NCBI GenBank assembly: GCA_964016885.1
Contig: OZ024740.1
Span: forward strand, 317,626,001-317,690,000
Reading direction: 5' to 3'
Length of the DNA: 64,000 nucleotides
Source of the DNA: Eledone cirrhosa
Lineage: Eukaryota
A model generated the notes under the pieces. The model saw nothing but the letters and a program-made list of their open reading frames with translations. It made no database searches and was not told the DNA's origin. The position numbers and the translations under genes were made by a program. Below, in pieces: positions 1-10,099 of this stretch. Numbering within the stretch: the stretch's first letter is position 1; each line of letters starts with the position of its first letter.

Positions 1-6
1 GGCATT

Positions 7-107
7 CCGATGATTTGATCAGAGACACACACTATATTTAAGGTCGAGTGACGCAATTTCGAGTGATTAGCGGCCTTTAGACTCACCTGATCAATGAAAC
101 AATTGTT
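7..107 (+). ncRNA. Degenerate hammerhead-ribozyme-like motif with long stem II (probable Penelope-like element terminal repeat)
   Basis: CCGATGA (7-13; one change from CTGATGA); stem TTGATCAG (15-22) pairs with CTGATCAA (87-94); GAAAC (96-100) within palindrome AACAATTGTT (98-107); followed by AATAAA and a (TA)n tract. Confidence 0.4.
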
Positions 108-165
108 ATTACTGTAAATAAAACCCTTTTTGTACAGCCGACCATGTTATTCTTCACTCTTTCAC

Positions 166-176
166 TATATATATAC

Positions 177-207
<31 letters not shown>

Positions 208-208
208 A

Positions 209-243
<35 letters not shown>
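166..243. repeat. (TA)n/(TG)n microsatellite
   Basis: Dinucleotide runs seen directly. Confidence 0.95.
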
Positions 244-246
<3 letters not shown>

Positions 247-286
247 GCAGGGATACAAAAACAATTAGTATTATTAATTTCACGCT

Positions 287-493
287 TTATGGGCGGTGGA
301 TTGGCAGTATCGGTAAAGGGTCGGACGCCATGCTCTCCAGCATAGAGTTACGTCCCTTTACGGACTGAGTTCAAATCCCGCCGAGGTTAACTTTGCCTTA
401 CGGGGTCGATAAAACTCATCCTTATGAGGTCGATAAAATAAAGTACCAATAATGTATTGGGTAATTGCTGGCCTTGTGTCAAAAGTAGAAATA
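287..493 (+). mobile_element. tRNA-derived SINE, full length, with 17-bp TSD
   Basis: Pol III A-box-like TGGCAGTATCGG (302-313) and B box GTTCAAATCC (369-378); flanking direct repeat ATTATTAATTTCACGCT at 270-286 and 494-510; 3' tail recurs at 9411-9474 and 14414-14500. Confidence 0.9.
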
Positions 494-529
494 ATTATTA
501 ATTTCACGCTGTGGATGAAAAAGAGAAAC

Positions 530-570
530 AAGTTCGACGTTTCAAACGTTAATCTTTCATCAGGAGATCC
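530..570 (-). ncRNA. Minimal hammerhead-like core (Penelope-like element remnant)
   Basis: Minus strand reads CTGATGA-aagattaacgttt-GAAAC-GTCGAAC; stem I weak. Confidence 0.4.
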
Positions 571-1738
571 GATAGTTCAGAAAATAGAAAACAGAAAAAG
601 GAGAATATGCGTGTGTGTGTATGAGCCTGTTGTTTTTAATTTATTGTGTGTATATTAGCGTATATATTGTTGGAATGGTCTATACTTTGTTTGTGATGTT
701 GTCTAAGTGTGTCTGACTCTATTTAATATTGTATATGTGTGTGTGGTTTATCTGTGTATGTATCGAATATGAAAGAAATTAATAGTGACTCCTACTTTAA
801 ATAGCATATGAGAAATTGTTGTTTAACTACTGCAGTGAGAAAAACGGCTTTATGGAGTACATTTCAGGAGTAAATGCTCGTTTAACCTTATGCTCCATTC
901 TACAGTTGTGTTTTCGAACATGAAATTAAGTAGTTATGTTTTCATAATTGTAAGCTGACATTGTAAGCGCTGTGTATTTCGTCGACTAATCGATTTGCTG
1001 TTCTCTATCAAAATATAATACACAATTTACCGTCAATGATTATAGAGAAAAGCAAAACTGATGATTTTAAAGAGGGAAGTGTTAAATCTGGCTGATAAAT
1101 TGGGGGTTGTGAAAAGATATGAATATAGTGACAGCAAACAAGAACAAGACAGGAATGAAGTGACAGCAAGACCAATTATTAGAAAAATATATAGAAGAAA
1201 CATAATGGTGAATCCACTTAATGTAAGTGGACAGTAAGGAATAGAACTGGTATCTGGTCTTTGTGAATAGAAGATTGCAGTCTAAAATAAATAATAAAAT
1301 AAGATAAATAAATAAAAGATAAATAAAATTAATTCTCCTCAGCATTTATAGGTATTAAAATTCAACCTATAAGTATCTTCTCTGTACACACACACACACA
1401 CGTTCCAACTCGTTACGAAGACTACCTTACGGTTTATCTTATATACATTCTTTATTTTCGTTGTTTTTCTTTACTTGGACTACCTTTATTTCTGGATTTC
1501 CTTTGTGATCCTATTTCTAATTTTGTACTCACGAAGAAGGCCTAAAGCCCGACACGTCGAACTTTCCTTCCCTTTTTCTATATAAAGCGTATCTCTGTTT
1601 CTTGACTCCTTGAACTATAAATGTATGCAAAAGGTAAACAGAAATAACAAAGTAAACGACACAGTACAATAAAGAAATATATTATTGGTTTTACGCTTTA
1701 TATAGTAGGAAAAGAGTCTTAAAATTTCGGACGCTAGA

Positions 1739-3894
1739 ATGCATGGACACTGGACAAGTGCGTCCATAACGGTTTCGTCACTCTGCGCGCATCTCGGGCA
1801 AGTCCGTCTGACAGCACTTCCGTGCCTGTAGAGTTTATCTCGAACCGGCAGTGCCTCCCGGTAACACTGCCAAGCGAGGGATTTTTGGAAATTATCCATC
1901 GTCCCCGGCACGAAAGTCCTCCAGAACAGACTGGTTAGTTCGACTTCGTCGACTCCCAGAGCCTCTCCGAGTGCGTCGTCGCGCTTGCCCACCACTAATC
2001 CTCTATAGAACTCGAGAGTGGAAGTTCCACTGACCGCATTGCCCGTCTGGTAGAGGGCAGTGTTGCCTGGCAACATTCCAGATGCCAGTCACCCAGTCTC
2101 AGTTTCTTCTTGACCCAGGACTGCAGCTCAGTCAAAGAAACGAGCTGCAGAAAGGCCCGTCTGATAAACGGCGACCACACCTGTTCACCGTTTAGGCAGA
2201 ATATCTGGAGATGTCGCAGCCTCAGCGCGTGTAAGCGCATCATTAGCCACGGCGTGGCCAGCCCTCCACGTAGAGGGTTCTGGCAGCAGATGGACCGCCT
2301 CACCAGCGGAACCTGACCCCTCCACAAGAATTTGAAGAGGAGCCGCTCCAAGATGGCGTGGCGCGACCGGCGGCAAGGCACGGCGGTCAGACGGTAGTAA
2401 ATGACGGATGCGTTTGCCACCTCCGCCCGACCTTTCAGTGATAGCTTTCTCGCAGCATATTTCTGGGTGAGACTGGCTACCCTGCTCGTCACCTCGTCCC
2501 AATTCTTATCTACCTGGAGATCTGGCTCGAACCAAACCCCGAGCAACTTTACCGGTCCGTCCGTCCAGCGCCCAACGAAGCTGTTGGACAGCATTGCCTT
2601 TCCTCTGCAGGTTCCGAGTTGCAAGCCCACCGAGACTTTTCCGGGTTAAGTTTTGCTCCCGTCAACCTTTCATATTCCTCCAATAAGTTGCCGACAACCT
2701 CGATTTCTGAGGTGTCCGACACCATCACAGTGATGTCGTCTGCATAAGCCGACACAGCCCTTCCACGTCCCTGTTCGGGCGGGATGCCCTGCACCAGCTC
2801 CCGCTTCCGCAGTAAAAGCTCGAGAGTCAATACGTACAAAAGGGAAGACTGAGGGCACCCTTGACAGACCGATTGGGAGAGCCGAAATGGTTCCAAGAGG
2901 TGGCCATTAACCTTGACCATCGAGCATGTGCCGCTGTGCATTGCAGCGAACAAGCTTCTGAAGACAGGGCCGAAGCCAGCCGCTTTGAGGACAGCCTCCA
3001 GGTACCGATGGTCGACCCTATCGAATGCTTTCGATTGATCTAAATAGATCAGTGCCCCACCGAAGCCAGGTTTACACCCTACCAACTCTATGATGTATCG
3101 CATTAGGTGCAGATTGTCGTGTATGGACATGGTTGGGATTGCGCAAGTTTGCGCTCCCCAGCCAAATCCTCGACGACAAGCGCCAATCTCTTTGCTAACA
3201 CCTTGGCCAAAATCTTAAACTCTGTGTTGAGCAGGGTTATGGGCCTGAAGTTGTCTAATGTATCCCTATTGTTCTCGTTTTTCCTTATCAGCGTCACCAC
3301 TCCCCTGCTCACAGAATTGGGAATACTCCCATTCTGCTGCCAGTTGCAGTAGAGTGCTTCGAGGAGTTCAGAGAACAAGTCTGGCATATTTACGTAAAGC
3401 TCGTAGGGCAGGCCATCCAAACCGGGTGACTTGCGCCTCATGCAGCCGACAAGGGCGTCCTGAATTTCGGATGAAGTAATCGGCAACGAGTGCAACGCTC
3501 AGCGTCGACCATCGAGATGCGCGGCAAGCCGTCAAGGTAGGGATTGAAATCCGCTACTCTCTTTGACCCACCACTCTCTCCGAACAACCGAGCAAAATGC
3601 TGGCGAAAGGCCTCACACATCCATTTGGAATCGTTTATCTCGTGTCCATCTCGGTTCGCCAAAGACCGAATTGTGGTTTTATTACCACGCTGCGCCTCCG
3701 CCACGCGGGCCCATCGAACAGCTTTGGTCCCCTCGTTTCTCAGCGCACGCGCCTTAGTTCTGACAATGCAATCTTCGTGTTTCGCATTGAAGAAATGGTC
3801 TAATGCCATTCTTGCCGCTAGCTTGTCAGTTGCAATGCCACTACAAATAGCCTCGTCTAACTTATCTACCAGCTATCCCCACCATCTGTTGTTG
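1739..3894 (-). mobile_element. L1/Tx1-clade LINE copy A, 5'- and 3'-truncated, decayed ORF2
   Basis: Frameshifted ORF pieces with KSPGLDG, NFRPITLLNTEFKILAK, LDQSKAFDRVDH, QGCPQS, AYADD and C-terminal CPRC...VQC; closely homologous to 4277-6170. Confidence 0.92.
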
Positions 3895-4199
3895 AATAAT
3901 ATTAATAATAATGATTTCATTTATTGGCCACAAGGGCCGACATATAGGGGACAATACAAAAGACGGGACAGTGGGGTTTTACAGAAAAATCGAGTAAACA
4001 ATATGAATCACAATAACAAAGTAACAATAAAATTACAAGAAAAAATTCCCCAATAGGGGGGATGACCACCTAGGGTTCGCTCAGGTACCCCACCAATCCT
4101 GAACGACCCGACGCTTCGAGAGCACCCTGGAAGGGCACCCCCTCTCCTCCTCAAATTTACCTACCTACAGCCGCATGACCAGAGTAAGCCCACTCCCAC

Positions 4200-6994
4200 G
4201 GGCCATTCTCACCACATTCACCCACCTTTCAGCAAATATAACTGGGGGACAGCACTTCTCCCTCCACCCTCACCTCGGGCAGGTCCGTCTGACAGCACTT
4301 CCGTGCCTGTAGAGTTTATCTCGAACCGGCAGTGCCTCCCGGTAACACTGCCAAGCGAGGGATTTTTGGAAATTATCCATCGTCCCCGGCTCGAAAGTCC
4401 TCCGGTACAGATTGGTTAGTTAGACTTCGTTGACTCCCAGAGTCTCTCCGAGTGCGTCGTCGCACTTGCCCACCACTAATCCTCTATAGAACTCGAGAGT
4501 GGAGGGCAGTGTTGCCTGGCAACATTCCAGATGCCAGTCACCCAGTCTCAGTTTCTTCTTGACCCAGGACTGCAGCTCAGTCAAAGAAACGAGCTGCGGA
4601 AAGGCCCGTCTGACAAACGGCGACCACACCTGTTCAGCGTTTAGGCAGAATATCTGGAGATGCCGCAGCCTCAGCGCGTACCTGCGAATCATTAGCCACG
4701 GCGTGACCAGCCCTCCACGTAGAGGGTGCTGGCCGCAGATGGTCCGCCTCACCAGCGGAACCTGACCCTTCCACAAGAATTTGAAGAAGAGCCGCTCCAA
4801 GATGGCGAGGCGTGAATGGGGGCAAGGGACGACGATCAGACGGTAGTAGATGACGGGCGCGATGTACGCGTTTGCCACCTCCGCCCGACCTTTCGGTGAT
4901 AGCTTTATCCCAGCCCATTTCTGGGTGAGACTGGCTACCCTGCCCGTCACCTCGTCCCAATTCTTATCCACCTGGAGGTCTGGCCCGAACCAAACTGCTA
5001 GCAACTTTACCGGTCCGTCCGTCCAGTTCCTAGCGACGCTGTTGGACGGCATGGACTTGCCTCTCCAGGTGCCGAGTTGCATGCCTACCGACTTTTCCGG
5101 GTTAAGTTTTGCTCCCGTCAACCTTTCATATTCCTCCAATAAGTTGCCGACCACCTCGATTTCTGAGGTGTCCAACACCATCACGGTACTGACAGCCTCC
5201 AGATACCGATGGTCGACCCTATCAAATGCTTTCGATTGATCTAAATTGATCAGTGCCCCACCGAAGCCAGGTTTACACCCTACCCTCTCCATGATGTATC
5301 GCATTAGGTGGAGGTTGTCGTGTATGGACCTGGTTGGGATTGCGCAAGTTTGCGCCTCCCCAACTAAATCCTCGACGACAAGCGCCAACCTCTTCGCTAA
5401 CACCTTGGCCAAAATCTTAAACTCTGTGTTGAGCAGGGTTATGGGCCTGAAGTTGTCTAATGTATCCCTCTTGTTCTCGTCTTTCCTTATCAGCGTCACT
5501 ACGCTTCGGCTCACAGATTTGGGAATACTCCCGTTTTGCTGCCAGTTGCAGTAGAGGGCTTCGAGGAGATTTGAGAACAAGTCTGGCATTTTACGTAAAG
5601 CTCGTAGGGCAGACCACCCAAACCGGGTGACTTGCGCCTCATGCAGCCGACAAGGGCATCCAAACCTCGGCTGTAGTAATTGGCCTTTCGCAGCGCCCAG
5701 CGTCAGCCATCGAGTGTTGCGGAAAGCCATCGAGGCAGGGACTGAAGTTCGCCACCATCTCTGACCCGCCACTTCCCCAGAACAACCGAGCAAAATGTTG
5801 GTGAAAGGCCTTACACATCCGCTTGGAATCGCTCGGCTCGTGTCCGTCTCAGTCCGTCAAAGACCGAATCGTGGTTTTATTACCACGCTGTGCCTCTGCC
5901 ACGCGGGCCCATCGAACAGCTTTGGTTCCCTCGTTTCTCAGAGCACGCGCCTTAGCTCTGACAATGCAACCTTCGTGTTTCGCATTGAAGAAATGGTCTA
6001 ATGCCATTCTCGCCGCTAGCACGTCAGTTACAATGCCACTACCAATAGCATCGTCTAACTTATCTACCAGCTCCCCCTCCTTTCTATTTTTCTCTAATGT
6101 TACTTCTTTGCTAAACTCTATCGACATTACTCTAATCTCTCTTTTGAGAGCCCCCCACCATCTATTGTTGACGACTCCCCTGTCAACCTTTTCTTAACTA
6201 AATTGTTGACCTGGTCCCTGTAAACCTTACGTGCCGGAAATGACATGTTTAGCTTCCAGTAACCAGGTCCTAACCTACACGTCTTATCTAGGTCGACCAT
6301 ACAGATCACAAACTTGTGATCTGAATAGGCGACTGTTTCAAAACGTGGACAGCTTACACTATTTCTGTCTATTTTCCTAATGAATATCCTGTCTATATAC
6401 GATCTAGATGACCTTATGCGGTTAGCCCAGGTCCACACTGGCGCATTAGGGAAATCTAGTCGGTACCTGTCAGACAGTTGGAACTGGCTGATCAGGTTCT
6501 TGAGGCTTTTGCACCCCCCGCTCCTCGAATACTCCCACACAGTCCCAGTGTGCGTCTAAGAGGCCGTTCCAGTTCCCCGCTAACAGTAAAGGGCGAGAAG
6601 TGCCCAGAAAGGCTTCCAGGCGTCTAAAGAAGTCTGGCCGTCCTGCCCCAGCAGGAGCATAGACGGCCACCAGTCTAAAGGCACCACCTTCGTTATTGTT
6701 CACGTCCAGGACCACCAACTTACCGTCCGGGTCACGGAAAAGCGACCTTACCTCGAGATCCAGGCCTTTCCTAAACAGCACTGCCACCCCACCTCCCATT
6801 CCCGGCCGGCTAACAGATGCAAAGATCTGATAGTCGTCGAAAATGGGGGCTAGTGCACGCGTGTCGGAAATCCTGGTCTTGCTGACGGCAATTACATCCA
6901 TTTCTAGAGACCTGAGGTCATTGAACAGGTGACCCTGCTTCCAGGACGATCCTAGGCCTCGAACATTTAAACATCCTACTCTTAATACGGCTAT
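4200..6994 (-). pseudogene. Tx1 ORF2 (APE endonuclease + reverse transcriptase), disabled
   Basis: Begins AVLRVGCLNVRGL; APE motifs VAVYAP, GNWN (for GDFN), SYIDRIF, SDH, GPGYWKLN; RT motifs present but the QGCPLS-YADD core is deleted at ~5190; several frameshifts; lower boundary approximate. Confidence 0.88.
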
Positions 6995-8998
6995 GTTGGC
7001 AGGTTAAAAAGAGAGAGAGGAAAGGTTTACTTACCTTCCGGGCTATTGTGAAGGTCGGGTTGTTCGACCTCATAGTTGTTGGGGTTTCTTTTGGGAACCC
7101 CTTTAAAAGTCTTGAAGTTGGTTTTACGTTCGGGGTTCCCACGTCCCGAGGAAAGCTGTCTCGTATTTCTTTGTATAATTCGATCGACATTCGCACCAGA
7201 ACCAAATCTTCCAAATCTTCACGCGAAATGTGCTCGATTTAAAAAATTCCCCCTCTTTTTGTATATTTTCACTTCGTGCTACGAGGGCCATCAGTTCCTT
7301 GTTGGCCCTCCTGGCGAGCACGAAGTTTTGTATGTTTTGTTGGTGTGATTTTATTTGTTTGCGTGGCTGTGGTGGTGATGGTTTTGGTGGTGTTGTTTCG
7401 GTTTTGTTTGTGTTTGTTGTGAGTGCGGTGTCTGTGGTTTCAGATGTTTGTGTGTATATTTGTTCTTGCGTCTGTTTAGGTTGTTTGCGTTTGGGGGATT
7501 CTGGTGATGGTGATGGTGGTGTTGATGTTGGTGTTATTGGAGAGATGTTTGCGTGGGTGGTGCCTGCGTTTTTTATTGTGGGTGATTTTGTGCTTTGTTG
7601 AGTTTTTTTTTTCTTTTTATGTTTCCTTTTTTGTATTTTGGGGGATTTTGGTTTTCCCTCATCTTCACTACTGGTAGATGAGGGGTCTGTGTCTGTAAGT
7701 GTGCCTGTATGTATGTTTATGGTTTTATTGGTGTGTGTATTTTGGGGGGGGGGGGATTTGACAGCTTTCCTCGTTTGCCCCCTGGGTGGTCAATGTTGGT
7801 GGTGCTCTTTTTATTGGTGTTGTTGGTGGTTTTGCCGGTGCTGGTGTTGGTTGTGGTCCTCGTCCCGGCGTCGGCAGCAGTGGAGCCTATCGACCCCTTG
7901 CCTCTTTCAGCAGTTGAGGGCAGAAGGCTCACAAATGGGTTTTCTCCCTACAAACAAAACACTGCGGCCTTTTGCCTTCGGTCATAATGTGAATGACCGT
8001 CCCATTCTGAAGGCGGATGTGGTCCGGGATTGTCTTCACATTCTTGGGCCTGATCTGGAGAAGGATCTCCAGGTCAACCCCGGACCAGTCCTCTCTGGCC
8101 GTTCTGGTCACTTCTATAGGGACGGTATCCGTCCCCTCCACAATCACACATCCCAGAAGCCACCACATGTCAAGTCATGTTGGGATTCTGGGAATGCGGA
8201 GACGGGCCGTTCTTTTTCCCACGTGGGAAGGGTACATTATGACCTTGCTGGTTTTGAAAGGAGTCATAGCGTGTTTCATAGCGAGGGCTTCTGACTTGAA
8301 CAACACCGAAATGGTACCGTACTGTCTGCCCCTCTCTATGTATTCGGTGTCTTCTCTGATGCACCCCAGCGCGACTTCGACATCTTCTTGTGGGATTAAA
8401 GCTGCCCTTTTGGTTTGTGCTGAGATGCATCTATAATGCACTGTTCTGCGCTCCACTCCCTCAATAGCTTCTACCGGGACAGTTAAGTTGGCCCAGGTTT
8501 ACTCTTGCTTGATGAGCTTCCATGCCTGGGCCAACTTTTCATCTTTGTTTGAGAGGTCCATGTTGAAGTATGGCCTCTTTTTTGCTGCTGCCGCAGCGAA
8601 AGTGTTCTTCTTGTTTTCGTTGGGGGTGTTGTTGTCGTTGTCGTTGTTCTTGTTGGTGTTGTTGTTATGACTGTCGCTGTTATCATTGTTGTCTTTGTTG
8701 CCACCGTTGTTCTCGGTGCAGTTGGTATTGTTGCTGTTGGTGTTGTCGCTATTTGTTTTCATGTTAGTGGTGTTGATATTGTTGTTGCATTTGTTATTTT
8801 TTTTTTGTTATCTGTATTTTCGTTGTCGCTGTTACTGTCATTTTTTTCAAAATTAAAGTTCTCATTTGTATCATTGGTGTTTTTGTTTACATTGTTTGTG
8901 GTGGTGTTTGTGTTATCAATTTGTGTTAATTTCACTGTAGCGCTCCTCTCAACTTCTACGTCGTTGTCGCACGACAGCAGACATATCGCTGCGGGCAT
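6918..8998 (-). pseudogene. Tx1 ORF1 (Asn/Thr-rich N-terminus, central globular region, CCHC zinc knuckle), disabled
   Basis: ORF pieces 8759-8998, 8499-8762, 8175-8456, 7929-8168; knuckle CFVCREKTHL*AFC broken by TGA; lies upstream of the APE domain; C-terminal frame ambiguous. Confidence 0.75.
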
Positions 8999-9217
8999 GG
9001 CTCAACCATGTTTTTTTTTCTCCGTAAATTTTTTAACATGTAAAAAAAAAAGTTCAAATATTTGGTCCAAAAGGCCCAAATATTATACTTTCCCCTTCAC
9101 AGGGCAAAGTCTAAGGGCTTATATCCCTTACACAACAAGAAATATTTAACAACAAATAATTTTAAATGGCAAATAAAGCGACTTACTGGGAGCGAGCAAA
9201 ATACGTCCGATTAGACC

Positions 9218-9265
<48 letters not shown>
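9218..9265. repeat. (AAT)16 microsatellite
   Basis: Perfect trinucleotide run between the Tx1 5' end and an R4/Dong-like fragment. Confidence 0.97.
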
Positions 9266-9267
<2 letters not shown>

Positions 9268-9268
<1 letters not shown>

Positions 9269-9474
9269 GTTTCCAGGGATGGTTAAAGAAAATTGGCCCC
9301 TTCACGCTTTTTGGAACGCTTCAAAAGGCATGCTTGCTGGGAACAGCAAGAACCCTCCGATACGTCCTGAATATCTGACGCTGCAGGTAGTGGCTTGATA
9401 TTCATTTCAACAAAGTACCAGTAATGAACTGGGTAATTGCTGGCCTTGTGCCTAAAGTAGAAACAATTATATTA
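9268..9474 (+). mobile_element. 5'-truncated 3' end of an RLE-type (R4/Dong-like) non-LTR retrotransposon
   Basis: 9271-9378 translates to FQGWLKKIGPFTLFGTLQKACLLGTARTLRYVLNI*, matching the LQKAxLLGTAxILRxVL C-terminus typical of R4/Dong elements; short 3' UTR follows; sits next to (AAT)n. Confidence 0.72.
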
Positions 9475-9532
9475 TACACACACACACACACACATTTATA
9501 TAAATAAATATACGTAAATGATACACACACAC

Positions 9533-9621
<89 letters not shown>
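9475..9621. repeat. (CA)n/(TA)n compound microsatellite
   Basis: Seen directly. Confidence 0.95.
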
Positions 9622-9626
<5 letters not shown>

Positions 9627-9809
9627 ATACTTGGGGAGGGTCATATTTGTGTAATAATATTGCCAGAATTAATAACAGAACACACTCACTGTTTGGTTGG
9701 TTTTCGCTTCTGTATCTTTTATATCAGTTAATTTAATTTATTCGGTCCTCAATGTTACCATTGACTGACCAACGGTCAAAAATACAGATATAACACATAT
9801 ATATAGTCT

Positions 9810-9856
9810 AACAAAGTTCTTTCGTTGCACATCTGCAACATCGTCAGTGGTGCTAT
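9810..9856 (-). ncRNA. Hammerhead-ribozyme-like core in PLE1 terminal region
   Basis: CTGACGA-T-GTTGCA-gatg-TGCAAC-GAAAG: perfect 6-bp stem II between the two core boxes, ~250 nt downstream of the ORF stop. Confidence 0.6.
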
Positions 9857-10099
9857 TATGTTTCCTCCTGTTGTATTGTATGCCTACGCCATATTTATTT
9901 AGTCTGTTTATTTAATTATTTATTTTTGTCTTCTTCTCTGCGCATGCGTTTGCGTGTGTGTATAGTGTGTATTGTGTTTTTGTGTGTTCGTGTTTGGGTG
10001 ACTGTGTATTGGTTATTGTATTCTATCTTAGTTTACTAGTGTGTGTTTATATATGTTTGTTGTTATTGTGCTTGTGTATGTATGTATTTATTTATTTAT

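Larger units (their letters stand above)
3913..9217 (-). mobile_element. Near-full-length L1/Tx1-clade LINE copy B, flanked by (ATT)n at both ends, with internal deletions
   Basis: 5' end GGTCTAATCGGACG abuts (AAT)16 at 9218-9265; ORF1 then APE-RT ORF2; 3' end GGCCCTTGTGGCCAATAAATGAAATC followed by degenerate (ATT)n at 3895-3912. Confidence 0.9.

Noticed and set aside
291-385. Functional tRNA gene
   Set aside because: A and B boxes are too far apart with no cloverleaf; the head continues into a SINE body and is flanked by a TSD
7230-9149. Plus-strand Val/Cys/Leu-rich ORFs as membrane proteins
   Set aside because: Antisense shadows of the AAC/ACA-rich Tx1 ORF1
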